Source: Selenomonadales bacterium UBA7018 (lineage in GTDB: Bacteria > Bacillota > Negativicutes > Selenomonadales > Selenomonadaceae). Taken from it: a stretch of DNA of 64,000 bases. Every line of letters begins with the position of its first letter. The first letter of the stretch is position 1. Under the pieces are notes generated by a model. The model was not told the origin of the DNA. It did not search any database and saw only the letters and a program-made list of their open reading frames with translations. Location: the NCBI GenBank assembly GCA_002448305.1, contig DJWY01000035.1, forward strand, positions 2,982 through 66,981, given 5' to 3'. The translations under genes and the position numbers were made by a program. Positions 1-10,318 of this stretch are shown in pieces.

Positions 1-759
1 ATTTAGCTTAACGGCGGAAATAGCTAAAATTTTCCATGCGTCAAGAATCATGCAAGGCGTAGGATTTTTAGCGGCGTCGCGAATTTTTTCAAGAGCGGCA
101 GATAAATTCGTTAGCTCGGCTTGAAAGGTAACTTCCTTAGCGGTCTGCGGACCGAAACCTTGACAGCAATTCATAATCGCCTTGTCTAGCCGCGCAGATT
201 CATCAGCTTTGATACGCGCCAAAATTTTTTCAATGTCGCAGGAGAAAATGTCGAGCTTATCTTGCGCAGGCGGCATTTGATAGCTTTGATTGGGCAAAAC
301 AGTTCGGACGCGACTTGAGTTCGTGCCGATTTTCTTCAGCGCGTCAATAATTTGCCCGTCGGAAATCAGAATCAAGTTGCTGTACTTGCCGATAAGTTCC
401 GCCGCAAGCGTGAAAGTCTGAATTTTTCCGCCCGTTCCGATTGAGTCAACGTCGATAAAAATAATGCGGTCGAGTTCGTGTTGACGTATCGCCGCGACTC
501 TTCCGCCTTCTAAATTTTTCCTTAGTACCATGCAAAACGTTGGCGGCTCCGGCAAATTTTCGGGCGATTTTTTTAGCAAGTGCACGGACGGATTTTGCGG
601 CGCAGTCGAAATTCGCAATAAAAATGTTTTGCCCGGTTGACGTATCGTGAAAGTTAAGTTCGCTTTGTTCTGCTGAGTTATTTTATCGACGCGCCCGCCG
701 ACTAAATTTTTTTCCAGTTCCAAAGTTAAAGGTCGCATTGAAAAGCCGTCTAAGTTCAA
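1..759 (-). CDS. rqcH: RqcH/FbpA (NFACT family) ribosome quality-control protein, N-terminal part; ORF runs past the window start
   Basis: Not in the ORF track because it is open at the window edge. My translation of the minus strand from TTG 759 (GAGGTGA 5 nt upstream) gives NLDGFSMRPLTLELEKNLVGGRVDKITQQNKANLTFTIRQ...FCMVLRKNLEGGRV...LIGKYSNLILISDGQIIDALKKIG...RTVLPNQSYQMPP. This fits the NFACT-N pattern of B. subtilis RqcH/YloA. Confidence 0.75.
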   Translation of the reverse strand, partial: MNLDGFSMRPLTLELEKNLVGGRVDKITQQNKANLTFTIRQPGKTFLLRISTAPQNPSVHLLKKSPENLPEPPTFCMVLRKNLEGGRVAAIRQHELDRIIFIDVDSIGTGGKIQTFTLAAELIGKYSNLILISDGQIIDALKKIGTNSSRVRTVLPNQSYQMPPAQDKLDIFSCDIEKILARIKADESARLDKAIMNCCQGFGPQTAKEVTFQAELTNLSAALEKIRDAAKNPTPCMILDAWKILAISAVKLN

Positions 760-764
760 AGGTA

Positions 765-1574
765 TCACCTCGCATAATAAAAAACTTTCTGCAAGCAAAG
801 CCCCTGCGCGGGAGCCGTCGCGGGCAATAAAGTCCTGTCGCAAGCGTTGAAAATTTTTCGAAAGTCGTCAACGCTCAAACGCCGCCGTCCAACTGCAACT
901 ATTCCCGCCGTAATATTTCGCGCCATATGATATAAAAAGCCGCTCGCATGAATTTTAATCGTCAGTATATCGCCGCCGAAAATGTTTTCGCTAAAAAGCT
1001 CCGCCGCGTAAATCGTCCGAACAGGATTCATATTAGGCGCACCGCCCGCCGCCTTGAAACTAGAATAATCATGCGTGCCGACCAAAAAGCTTAAAGCCTC
1101 GCGCATGGCGTCGACGTCAAGCGGTCTGAAAATATGCCAGGCAAAACGATTTACAAAAGGATTTGACGCCGCGCCGCGCAGAATTCTATATAAATAAATT
1201 TTGCTCTTCGCGCTGTGCAGTGCGCTGAAATTTTTATCGACTTCCCGCGCCTCGCGAACGATAATATCTGGCGGCAAAACCGTACTCGCGGCAAGCGGAA
1301 TTTTCTCAATGTCAATCCTTCCGTCCGTGAAAAAGTTGACGACCTGCCCGAATGCATGAACGCCTGCATCAGTTCTACCTGCCGCCGCCAGCTCAATTTT
1401 ATCGCCGAAAATTTTTTCAAGTCGCTCTTCCAAAACGTTCTGAACAGCGACTCGCGGTGGGCTTTGCCACTGAAAGCCGTTATAATTCGTGCCGTCATAA
1501 GCTACCGTCAACGCGATATTGCGCCGACGAAGTTTCATTTCCTGTCTATGTTCAGCCCTCAAAATTTCCTCCAA
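765..1574 (-). CDS. truA: tRNA pseudouridine(38-40) synthase TruA
   Basis: Contains RRNIALTVAYDGTNYNGFQWQ and the catalytic GRTDAGVHA motif. The listed start is TTG 1574 and overlaps the aroA end; ATG 1535 (MKLRRRNIAL) is the more likely start. Confidence 0.9.
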   Translation of the reverse strand: MEEILRAEHRQEMKLRRRNIALTVAYDGTNYNGFQWQSPPRVAVQNVLEERLEKIFGDKIELAAAGRTDAGVHAFGQVVNFFTDGRIDIEKIPLAASTVLPPDIIVREAREVDKNFSALHSAKSKIYLYRILRGAASNPFVNRFAWHIFRPLDVDAMREALSFLVGTHDYSSFKAAGGAPNMNPVRTIYAAELFSENIFGGDILTIKIHASGFLYHMARNITAGIVAVGRRRLSVDDFRKIFNACDRTLLPATAPAQGLCLQKVFYYAR

Positions 1575-2805
1575 GTTGTTTAAAAAAGTTTGGATAAGAA
1601 ATGTTTACGCAGTCGGGGTCGTCAAGGTCGACGCCTTCAGCCGCCGCGCCCATTATCGCTAACGACATTGCAATTCTATGGTCGCCATAAGTTTTGCACG
1701 CCGCGAACTGTTTAGGCTTGCCGCCTGTAATTATCAAATCGTCACCTTCAGCGCGATAAGTTCCAGGTGACAATTTGTTAAACTCGTTGACTATCGCCGC
1801 TAATCGGTCGCTTTCCTTGACGCGCAATTCTCCTACGCCGTGAATTATCGTTGTGCCCTCAGCAAATGCCGCCGCTACTGCCAAAATCGGTATCTCGTCA
1901 ATCATTCGCGGAATTTCTTCGGCGTCAATTTCTATTCCGCGAAGCCGCGCAGATTGTATTATCAAATCGCCGCGCTTTTCGCCGATTTCTTCGCCCTCAT
2001 TTGTTATCATAATTTTCGCGCCCATTTTTGCTAAAGCGTCAATAATTCCCGTGCGCGTCTCGTTAAGCCCGATATTTTTTAACAGAAGTTCCGAACCTTC
2101 CAAAAGCGTCGCCAATACTATCCAAAAAGCCGCGCTTGAAATGTCATTTGGAATATTACAATCGGGCACGATAAATTCTGCTGGCGGAATTAATATCGAC
2201 CCGTCAAGGCGCACGCCGCAAGCCAACAACATTAACTCTGTATGGTTGCGGCAAGGCGGTATATCAATTATCGTCACGTCGTTGGCGTAAAGTCCCGCTA
2301 ATAATATCGCCGATTTAACCTGCGCGGAGGCTATTGGCGTTTTATATCTTATCCCGCGAAGATTTCCGCCCGTGACTGTCAGCGGCAACTTATCACCGGA
2401 AAATTTCGCGCCCATTTTAGTTAGCGGTTCAATCACGCGCTTTAACGGACGTTTCTTTAACGAGTCGTCGCCTGTGAAAGTCGTTTTAAAAGGTTGCGCC
2501 GCCGCCAAGCCCATGAGCAATCGGAGCGTCGTGCCGGAGTTGCCCGCGTCTAAAATTTCTTTCGGTGCTTTCAAGCCGCGCAGTCCTACGCCGTGAATTA
2601 TCAGTGATTTATCCGACTGCTCAATCTTGACGCCAAATTTTTGCATGCAATTTATCGTTGAAAAGCAATCTTCTCCCGCTAAAAAATTATAGACGACAAC
2701 ATTTCTATTGCTCAAACTTCCTAAGATAATCGCCCGATGAGTTATCGATTTATCCGGTGGGATTTTTATTTCGCCCTTCAAAGGTGTGTGCTTGGATATT
2801 TCCAT
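1552..2805 (-). CDS. aroA: 3-phosphoshikimate 1-carboxyvinyltransferase (EPSP synthase)
   Basis: Contains PPDKSITHRAIILGSL, AGNSGTTLRLL and GDHRIAMSLAI. Length (417 aa) is typical. Confidence 0.92.
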   Translation of the reverse strand: MEISKHTPLKGEIKIPPDKSITHRAIILGSLSNRNVVVYNFLAGEDCFSTINCMQKFGVKIEQSDKSLIIHGVGLRGLKAPKEILDAGNSGTTLRLLMGLAAAQPFKTTFTGDDSLKKRPLKRVIEPLTKMGAKFSGDKLPLTVTGGNLRGIRYKTPIASAQVKSAILLAGLYANDVTIIDIPPCRNHTELMLLACGVRLDGSILIPPAEFIVPDCNIPNDISSAAFWIVLATLLEGSELLLKNIGLNETRTGIIDALAKMGAKIMITNEGEEIGEKRGDLIIQSARLRGIEIDAEEIPRMIDEIPILAVAAAFAEGTTIIHGVGELRVKESDRLAAIVNEFNKLSPGTYRAEGDDLIITGGKPKQFAACKTYGDHRIAMSLAIMGAAAEGVDLDDPDCVNISYPNFFKQLGGNFEG

Positions 2806-2858
2806 TTGCTAAACCTCCTTAATTGGGCGTATAATAACTTAAAAAAGGAGTGAAGGCA

Positions 2859-4670
2859 ATGGAAAATAAATTGCGCCGAAATGTAGCGATAATAGCTCAC
2901 GTCGATCACGGCAAAACAACTTTAGTTGACGCCCTGCTTAGGCAAAGTCATATCTTCAGGGCGAATGAATCAGTTGCTGAAAGGGTAATGGATAGCGGAG
3001 ACTTGGAGCGCGAACGCGGCATAACAATCTTGTCGAAAAATACGGCGATATGGTACAAGGGCGTTAAAATAAATATCGTTGACACGCCCGGACACGCGGA
3101 TTTTGGCGGCGAAGTTGAGCGGATTTTAAACATGGTTGACGGCGTGTTATTAGTCGTCGACGCCTTTGAAGGTCCCATGCCGCAAACAAAATACGTCCTG
3201 CGCAAAGCTATGGAGCATAAGCTTAAAGCAATCGTCGTCATAAATAAAATCGACCGCCCAGAAGCTAGAGCCGATGAAGTTTACGACGAAGTTTTAGAAC
3301 TGTTCATGGAACTCGACGCAGACGACGAACAATTAGATTTTCCAGTAATCTACACGGCGGCTAAAGCCGGTATCGCTAAAAAATCTATGGACGACGACTC
3401 AACGACAATGGAGCCGCTTTTAGAAGCAATCGTTAAAGAAATGCCCGCGCCCAGTGGCGAAGAAGGACCTTTGCAAATGGTGATAACGACGCTTGAGGCT
3501 GATGCTTACGTTGGCAAAGTCGCAATCGGGCGCATTCAACGCGGCGTGATAAAAAGCGGCGAGCAAGTCGCAATCATCACCGAACACGGCACAAGCCGCG
3601 CTAAAGTCGGAAAAGTTTTCGGCTACGAAGGCTTGCAAAGAGTCGAAGTCGCGACGGCGCAAATGGGAGAAATTGTCGCGCTGACGGGCTTAAGCGAAGT
3701 TTCGATTGGCGATACCGTTGCTGACGTTGAAAACCCCGAAGCCCTGCCGTCAATTCGCGTGGACGAGCCGACTTTAAGCGTAACTTTCGGCGTTAATACA
3801 AGTCCATTCGCGGGCAATGAAGGACAATTCGTCACGAGTCGCCACATTCGCGACAGGCTATTCAAAGAGGCGCAGACGAACGTTGCTTTGCGCGTCGAGG
3901 AAACTAACAGTGCGGATATTTTCAAAGTCAGCGGGCGCGGCGAACTGCACTTATCCATTTTAATTGAAACTATGCGCCGCGAAGGCTACGAAATGCAAAT
4001 CGGCAAGCCCGAAGTCGTCTACAAAATTATAGACGGGCAACGCTACGAACCGATAGAAGATTTAACAGTTGAAGTGTCCGCCGATTATATGGGCGTCGTC
4101 ATGGAAAGTTTAGGGCGGCGCAAAGCTGAACTTAAAAATATGCAACAGATTGCGGGCTATATGCGGCTGAACTTTTTAATTCCTGCGCGGGGGTTAATCG
4201 GTTTTCGTTCGGAGCTTTTAACGTCGACGCGCGGCAACGGAATAATGAATCACGTTTTTCACGGCTACGAACCTTATAAGGGCGAAATTCCTGGACGCAC
4301 TCGCGGAAGTTTAGTCGCGTTTGAACAGGGCTTAACGACGGGCTACGGCATTTTCAATTTGCAGGATAGGGGCGTCATGTTCATTGAGCCTGGACAAAAA
4401 GTTTATGAGGGCATGATTGTCGGCGAAAACTCGCGGGAAATGGACATTGATATAAACCCTTGCAAGGAAAAGAAGCAAACAAATATCCGCTCTTCCAACT
4501 CCGACGAGGCAATAAGATTAGTGCCTGCGCGGGTGCTTAGCTTGGAACAGGCAATGGAATATATAAACGACGATGAATTAGTCGAGGTCACGCCCCAAAG
4601 CATACGACTTAGAAAGACGATACTCGACAGGACAACACGCGGACGCTTAGCCAAAAACGCTCGCAAATAA
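2859..4670 (+). CDS. typA: Translational GTPase TypA/BipA
   Basis: Contains RNVAIIAHVDHGKTTLVD, DTPGHADF and NKID. AAGGAG at 2845-2850 favours ATG 2859 over the listed GTG 2850. Confidence 0.93.
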   Translation: MENKLRRNVAIIAHVDHGKTTLVDALLRQSHIFRANESVAERVMDSGDLERERGITILSKNTAIWYKGVKINIVDTPGHADFGGEVERILNMVDGVLLVVDAFEGPMPQTKYVLRKAMEHKLKAIVVINKIDRPEARADEVYDEVLELFMELDADDEQLDFPVIYTAAKAGIAKKSMDDDSTTMEPLLEAIVKEMPAPSGEEGPLQMVITTLEADAYVGKVAIGRIQRGVIKSGEQVAIITEHGTSRAKVGKVFGYEGLQRVEVATAQMGEIVALTGLSEVSIGDTVADVENPEALPSIRVDEPTLSVTFGVNTSPFAGNEGQFVTSRHIRDRLFKEAQTNVALRVEETNSADIFKVSGRGELHLSILIETMRREGYEMQIGKPEVVYKIIDGQRYEPIEDLTVEVSADYMGVVMESLGRRKAELKNMQQIAGYMRLNFLIPARGLIGFRSELLTSTRGNGIMNHVFHGYEPYKGEIPGRTRGSLVAFEQGLTTGYGIFNLQDRGVMFIEPGQKVYEGMIVGENSREMDIDINPCKEKKQTNIRSSNSDEAIRLVPARVLSLEQAMEYINDDELVEVTPQSIRLRKTILDRTTRGRLAKNARK

Positions 4671-4771
4671 CTTTTCTTCGCGGAACGAAATATGAATATT
4701 GACTGGAAAAAAATCTTTTGTTACAATCAGCGAAAGAATTCGCTCGGCAGTTTATAAAGGAGTGAAAAGTT

Positions 4772-5470
4772 TTGGCGAAGATATTTCAAGCGACGCACGT
4801 CGGCAAAGTCCGGCATAACAACGAAGATTCGCTGATTGTCATAGAGCCGGAAACATTCGTAGTAGCGGACGGCATGGGCGGAGCACAAGCTGGCGAAGTC
4901 GCAAGTCAAATGCTAGTCGAAACAGTCAAAGATTTTTTATCGGAGACGCCGCCCTATAACGAACAAATTTTATCGCAAGCAATCCTTTTGGCGAACGGCA
5001 AAATTTTAAATCTGGCTCGGCGAAATGCAAATTATCTGGGCATGGGCACTACCGCAACGATTTTATCTCTCGACGACAGAAAAGGTTACTTCGCGCACGT
5101 CGGCGACAGCAGAATTTATCGGCTACGAAATAATTTCTTAGAACAGCTGACCGAAGATCATTCCTATGTTGAAACTTTAGTTAGGCGCGGAGAAATTACG
5201 CCCGAAGAAGCTCGCGTGCACCCGATGAAAAATGTTTTAACTCAAGCGGTCGGCGTGGTAGAGAATATTTCCGTTGACACGGCGAATTTCCCAGTTGAAA
5301 GCGGCGATACTTTTTTGCTTTGCACGGACGGCTTAACAAATATGGTTGACGACCAAAACATTGCAAAAATTCTGCAGAGCGCGTCAAATCCCGCCGACGC
5401 ATTAATTGACGCTGCACTTAAAGCGGGCGGTAGAGATAATATTTCGGTTATAGTGGTCGGAGTTGATTAA
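4772..5470 (+). CDS. prpC: PP2C-family Ser/Thr phosphatase (PrpC/Stp)
   Basis: Contains NEDS, ADGMGG, GDSRIY and CTDGLT motifs. TTG start after AAGGAG. It lies immediately upstream of the PASTA kinase, as in the Bacillus prpC-prkC-cpgA operon. Confidence 0.9.
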   Translation: MAKIFQATHVGKVRHNNEDSLIVIEPETFVVADGMGGAQAGEVASQMLVETVKDFLSETPPYNEQILSQAILLANGKILNLARRNANYLGMGTTATILSLDDRKGYFAHVGDSRIYRLRNNFLEQLTEDHSYVETLVRRGEITPEEARVHPMKNVLTQAVGVVENISVDTANFPVESGDTFLLCTDGLTNMVDDQNIAKILQSASNPADALIDAALKAGGRDNISVIVVGVD

Positions 5471-5587
5471 TAATGTTCCGCGAAATTTTTAATTGCGTCT
5501 TGAGTTTATGTTCAGCGATGAATACGGCAGTTCATTGCGCATTGCGAATAGCTCAGGACGCCTTAATCTAAGGAGGGGCGAGGATAA

Positions 5588-7432
5588 ATGATTCAGCGAG
5601 TCTTGAGCGGGCGTTACGAGTTGGAAGAAAAAATCGGTAGCGGCGGCATGGCCGAAGTCTACAAAGCGCACGACAGACTTTTAGCTCGCCCCGTCGCGAT
5701 AAAAATTCTTCACGCTGAATATCGTTCGGACATGGAATTTATAGAACGTTTTCACCGCGAAGCAAAATCGGCGGCGCGGCTTTCTCACCCCAATATTGTT
5801 AGCATTTATGACGTAGGCGTTGCGGGCGACGATCATTTTATTGTTATGGAATACGTCCAGAGTAGCACGCTTAAAAAGAAAATGCAGGACGAAGGACCTT
5901 TAGACCTTTTAACGGCGACTTCGATAGCTAAGGACATTGCAAGCGGCTTGACGCACGCGCACGCCAATAATATTGTTCACTGCGACATTAAACCGCATAA
6001 TATTTTGATGACAGAAGACGGGCACGCCAAAATTACTGATTTCGGAATTGCTCGCGCCGTCACTGAATCCACGCTGACTTATGGCGGAAATGTTATTGGC
6101 TCTGTGCATTATTTTTCGCCCGAACAAGCGCGCGGCGGCGCAATTACGCCTAAATCTGATGTTTATTCGCTAGGAATTGTGCTTTATGAAATGCTGACGA
6201 ATAAATTGCCGTTCACCGGCGATAATCCCGTTGCAATCGCCATGAAGCATATTGAAGAGGAGCCGATTTCGCCGAGCCGTTATCGTCCGCAAATTCCGCC
6301 CATGCTTGAAGCGATTGTTTGCCGCGCTATGAGTAAAAGTCCCGAAATTCGCCCGTCAAGCTTTGAACTCGTCCAGGAACTTTCAAACGTCGAAGCGGCT
6401 TTAAGCGTGAATCACAAAAGCGACCCTGATGCAACGAAAATTTTACAGCGCACGGAAATTCCTTCGCGCCGCGCAGTTCGCCAAGGTTTAGGAGCGCAAA
6501 CCGTCACGCAGGAAGAACCGCCAAGATCACCCGCCGCCCCGCAAAAACCTTTCTACAAATCGAAATTTTTTATGGTGATGATGTTCTGCGTTTTGCTAAT
6601 GGGCTTTGGCGTAGGAATATTTGCGGCGTTCGGAAAAGTTTGGAATACAGAAAGTGTCGTGACAGTCCCCGACGTTAAAGGCAAACAGCTTGCATTAGCG
6701 CGGCAAATTTTAGAGGACGGACATTTGCGCGTAAACGTCGCTGAAACTTATGACGGCAATGTCCCTGCCGGTCAAGTCGTCTCACAAGACCCCGACGTCG
6801 GCAAAACCGTTAAGAGCGACCGTTTAGTTACAATTTACGTCAGCAAAGGCGGCGAAGAGATTGATATGCCCGACTTGGCAGGGCTTGCGAAGTCCGCCGC
6901 GATTGAACGTCTTCAAAAACTCGGATTAAATCTCGGCAGCGTTTACGAAAAAGAATCGTCAAGCGAGCCTGGAACCGTCCTATCGCACGACCCGACTATG
7001 GGCACCAAAATTACTCGCGGGCAGACGATTGATTTAGTCGTTTCGCGCGGTGAGCCGGAAAGAAAAGTTGAGGAACCAAAGCGGACAACTACACAGAAAG
7101 TTCGCGTCCCGAATGTCGAAAATTCTAGCTTATCAGTCGCTGAAGACGGTATCGCCAGTCGCGGGCTTTATGTCGGCTCGGTGACTACGCAGGAAAGTTC
7201 TCAGGCGGAAGGAACGGTTATAACTCAATATCCCGCGCCCGATGCCGAAGTTGAATCCGGCTCGACTGTCGATTTAGTAATTTCGCGTCGACCGGAGCCA
7301 CAACCGGAAGCCGAATCAATACCAGAGCCGGAACCAATTCGCGAGCCTGAGCCGCAATCTAATGACGTTTCAGAAGTTCCCATTCAAGACGACGTGCCCA
7401 GCCGCGAAGACGACCAATCAAAGGGGAGATAA
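5588..7432 (+). CDS. prkC: Ser/Thr protein kinase with TM segment and extracellular PASTA repeats (PrkC/PknB type)
   Basis: Contains GSGGMAEVYKA, VAIK, HCDIKPHN, DFGIA and SPEQ. A TM helix (FFMVMMFCVLLMGFGVGIFAAF) is followed by three PASTA-like repeats (VPDVKGK.., MPDLAGL.., VPNVENS..) and a P/E-rich tail. Confidence 0.9.
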   Translation: MIQRVLSGRYELEEKIGSGGMAEVYKAHDRLLARPVAIKILHAEYRSDMEFIERFHREAKSAARLSHPNIVSIYDVGVAGDDHFIVMEYVQSSTLKKKMQDEGPLDLLTATSIAKDIASGLTHAHANNIVHCDIKPHNILMTEDGHAKITDFGIARAVTESTLTYGGNVIGSVHYFSPEQARGGAITPKSDVYSLGIVLYEMLTNKLPFTGDNPVAIAMKHIEEEPISPSRYRPQIPPMLEAIVCRAMSKSPEIRPSSFELVQELSNVEAALSVNHKSDPDATKILQRTEIPSRRAVRQGLGAQTVTQEEPPRSPAAPQKPFYKSKFFMVMMFCVLLMGFGVGIFAAFGKVWNTESVVTVPDVKGKQLALARQILEDGHLRVNVAETYDGNVPAGQVVSQDPDVGKTVKSDRLVTIYVSKGGEEIDMPDLAGLAKSAAIERLQKLGLNLGSVYEKESSSEPGTVLSHDPTMGTKITRGQTIDLVVSRGEPERKVEEPKRTTTQKVRVPNVENSSLSVAEDGIASRGLYVGSVTTQESSQAEGTVITQYPAPDAEVESGSTVDLVISRRPEPQPEAESIPEPEPIREPEPQSNDVSEVPIQDDVPSREDDQSKGR

Positions 7433-7446
7433 TTATAATCGGACGT

Positions 7447-8298
7447 GTGATAAAATTTTATAACAGTTTCTTTTTCGTGAAAGTCGGCGAAGAAATTATT
7501 CCCTGCAAACTGCGCGGGCTACTCAAGCGCGATAAAAAAGTTGGGAGCGCGGTTTTCGTCGGCGACTTTGTAGAAATTTCTAGGCTAAAAGATAAAAGCG
7601 GCGTGATTGAAAGTGTTCAGTCGCGCCGTAATGTTTTAATTCGCCCATCAATAGCAAACGTCGACAGGGTGATTTTAACTTTTGCCGTCGACGCGCCGAA
7701 ATTGCATCCGCTCTTGCTGAACAGATTTTTAGTTTTAGCGGAAAAGTCTTCAATCGCGGAGATAATAATTTGCGTGAATAAAATCGACTTGACGACGGAG
7801 AAAAATTTTCTGTCGGAATATGAATCGCTGTACAAAATCCTGCGCGTGTCGACAATCACTGGCGAAGGTCTCGACGAACTCAAAGAAATTTTATCGTCGG
7901 GCGTAACGGTATTTGCGGGACCAAGCGGCGTCGGGAAATCTTCTATCCTAAACGCGCTGGATAAAAATTTGCGCTTGAAAGTCGGAAAGATTAGCGAAAA
8001 AATTCTGCGCGGCAAGCATACGACGCGAGTAGCCGAGCTGATAAATTTTGGCGACGGCTTTTTAGTAGATACGCCTGGATTTAGCGCAGTCGATTTAGCG
8101 GAGGCAGGTATTGATAAAAAAAATCTCTGGCATTGTTTTAAGGAGTTTGGAAAATTCGCGGGTGCGTGCAAATTTCTAAATGTCTGCAGTCACAGCCACG
8201 AGCCAGATTGCGGCGTTAAAGCGGCGGTTGAGCGCGGCGAAATTTTGCGCGAGCGTTACGAATCGTATTTGACACTGCTTGGCGAAGTTTCAAGCTAA
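7447..8298 (+). CDS. rsgA: Ribosome small-subunit biogenesis GTPase RsgA (YloQ/CpgA)
   Basis: Circularly permuted GTPase with VNKIDL followed by GPSGVGKSS and DTPGF. Zn motif CSHSHEPDCGV. GTG start. Confidence 0.9.
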   Translation: MIKFYNSFFFVKVGEEIIPCKLRGLLKRDKKVGSAVFVGDFVEISRLKDKSGVIESVQSRRNVLIRPSIANVDRVILTFAVDAPKLHPLLLNRFLVLAEKSSIAEIIICVNKIDLTTEKNFLSEYESLYKILRVSTITGEGLDELKEILSSGVTVFAGPSGVGKSSILNALDKNLRLKVGKISEKILRGKHTTRVAELINFGDGFLVDTPGFSAVDLAEAGIDKKNLWHCFKEFGKFAGACKFLNVCSHSHEPDCGVKAAVERGEILRERYESYLTLLGEVSS

Positions 8299-9126
8299 AT
8301 TTTTTAAGGCAATCAAAGCCGCAATTCTTCCCGTGCGGTCGAGCTTATTTTTCTGTGCGGCGCGATAGGAGAAATACCAGGAACTTTCGCAACAAGTGCA
8401 TTTGCCAGCCACGTCGATATTTTCTTCAGGCACGCCGATTTCTAAAAGCTGAAGAACATTCGCTCGCCATAAGTCTAGATAAATTTTCCCATCGCGTTTA
8501 ATAAAAAGTTCGGAATAATCGTCGGGAAAAGCCGCCTTGCATTTGTCAATGACTTCGCCGCCAATTTCATAACAGCACGCCCCGATTGACGGCGCAATTC
8601 CAATCAAACAATCTTTAGCCCGCGTCCCGAACTCGTCGCCCATTCTCAAAAGAGTTTTGGCGGCGATTTTTTTTAGTGTACCCTTCCAACCGCCATGAGC
8701 AAGCCCAACCGCGCAGTTTTCCACGTCAACGAAAAAAATAGGAACGCAATCGGCAAAGCAAAGCATAAGCGGCAATTCAGGCGTGTTGGTGATAAGCGCG
8801 TCAGTTTCCGGAATTGAATCAGCGTAGTTATTACAGCCGCAACCGCGATAATTTTCATCAACACGGAAAATATTTTCGCCGTGAACTTGATTAGGCGTGA
8901 CAATATCGGCAAGCGAAAAACCCAGCGACTGAATAAATTTTTTCCGATTAGCAAGAACGTCTGCGGGTTCGTCGCCGACGTGAAGCGCAAGATTTAAACT
9001 GTCAAACGGCGGCTTACTTACTCCGCCAAGTCGTGTCGATACTGCATGAATCACCATATCGGCAGGGAAGGTTGAAAATTTCCCGTGCCAGAGATTATTT
9101 TCCGTGCGTTTTAAAAAGTAGCTCAT
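8290..9126 (-). CDS. pgeF: PgeF/YfiH (DUF152, laccase-domain) family protein
   Basis: Contains NQVHGENIFRV, CFADCVPIFF, GLAHGGWKGT and CCYEIG, the conserved His/Cys/His pattern of YfiH-family proteins. Confidence 0.85.
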   Translation of the reverse strand: MSYFLKRTENNLWHGKFSTFPADMVIHAVSTRLGGVSKPPFDSLNLALHVGDEPADVLANRKKFIQSLGFSLADIVTPNQVHGENIFRVDENYRGCGCNNYADSIPETDALITNTPELPLMLCFADCVPIFFVDVENCAVGLAHGGWKGTLKKIAAKTLLRMGDEFGTRAKDCLIGIAPSIGACCYEIGGEVIDKCKAAFPDDYSELFIKRDGKIYLDLWRANVLQLLEIGVPEENIDVAGKCTCCESSWYFSYRAAQKNKLDRTGRIAALIALKNLA

Positions 9127-9140
9127 AAAAATTCCTCCGT

Positions 9141-10316
9141 TTATGGAAGTTCGGGTAAATTCCGCGCAACCGCCGAATTATGAACGATTTCTTCTATCCT
9201 CTGGTCGAAAACTAATTCTTGCTTATGCAAGCTCGCCGCCGTGTCTAAATCCGCCGCGCTGTTCTCCGTTATTCCTTTGATATATGATTGCCACGCCATA
9301 ATTGTTACCCGCGTCGATTCTTGGCGAAGGCTAGCTAAAAATTGTGCGCCTTGCGGTATCGGCACTTGGTCTAATTCGGCTTGACGTTCCTCTAGCGACG
9401 GGATAATTGTATTGGTGATATAGCTTGAGACTTCAGCGCGCTGATTAGTCGTCATAATGCCGTAAGGCGAACGTTGCATTGTTATAAAAGTACTTTGCTC
9501 CGCTTCAAAAAGATTGTTATAGCGGTAGACAATTTCCGCTGTGTTGTCAATGTATTCCGCTAAATTCTGGCGCAAAATCGGCGAGACCGCGTCCAGATAG
9601 CCGCGATAATTATCGACGCTGACAATTTTCCAATCACTGCCGCCGAAATTCAAACTAAAGCCAGGAAATTTTATCTTGCGCCCGAAAATTTCAAACTCCT
9701 TGCCGCCAATGTTAAAGCTATCATTCGCCAAATCCTTTAGCGTAACTTTGAGCGTGAACGGTGCTTGCGTATATTCTTCGACAACGCTAAAAGTTGCGGT
9801 CGCTTCTTCGTCGTGAATTTCAACCGACTCAAGGTCAATTAGCGACGTGTGACGAATCAAACTGCGGTCAAGCAAAATGTCGTAGTCAATGCCCAGTTGC
9901 CGTCCCTTTAAAATTCCACCCGGCAAAGTCCATTCGCCCGTATCAAGGTAGGTGTTAATAACTTTGACTGCGCCGTTGCACATTTGCCGACGAATCAGCA
10001 CGTAGAAATTTTCAAAGAGACTGCGTTCGCGGTCGCTAAGTTGCGTGTCGTATTTGAAAAGGTCGCTCGTTAAATCGTCGTAAGCTTTGAGCGTCACCGA
10101 ATTTAAATCGACGTGGCGGCGAAAAGTATCCGCGTCGCCCGCTTTGTACGCCGTAACCATTTCGCGCATTGCGTATTCGGGCGTTTTGGTGTAAACCGCG
10201 AAGTAGAAAAAAATTGCGCCGAATATCAGCAGGAAAAAAGACAGGACAAATAGTCTTTCGCGCTCGCGACGCCTGCGCCTTTCGCTTAATCGTCTCCTCC
10301 AAGTATAATCGTCCAT
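9141..10316 (-). CDS. Hypothetical N-terminally membrane-anchored protein
   Basis: Long ORF packed between surE and pgeF. Arg-rich N-terminus, then one TM helix (LFVLSFFLLIFGAIFFYFAVY). I recognise no family. Confidence 0.6.
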   Translation of the reverse strand: MDDYTWRRRLSERRRRRERERLFVLSFFLLIFGAIFFYFAVYTKTPEYAMREMVTAYKAGDADTFRRHVDLNSVTLKAYDDLTSDLFKYDTQLSDRERSLFENFYVLIRRQMCNGAVKVINTYLDTGEWTLPGGILKGRQLGIDYDILLDRSLIRHTSLIDLESVEIHDEEATATFSVVEEYTQAPFTLKVTLKDLANDSFNIGGKEFEIFGRKIKFPGFSLNFGGSDWKIVSVDNYRGYLDAVSPILRQNLAEYIDNTAEIVYRYNNLFEAEQSTFITMQRSPYGIMTTNQRAEVSSYITNTIIPSLEERQAELDQVPIPQGAQFLASLRQESTRVTIMAWQSYIKGITENSAADLDTAASLHKQELVFDQRIEEIVHNSAVARNLPELP

Positions 10317-10318
10317 TT

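Noticed and set aside
1151-1597. Extra ORFs overlapping truA (1151-1498 minus, 1215-1583 plus, 1352-1597 plus).
   Set aside because: They are alternative or antisense frames of truA without motifs or an RBS.
7580-8171. Minus-strand ORFs of 91 and 184 aa within rsgA.
   Set aside because: They are antisense to rsgA, which carries G-motifs and a zinc motif.
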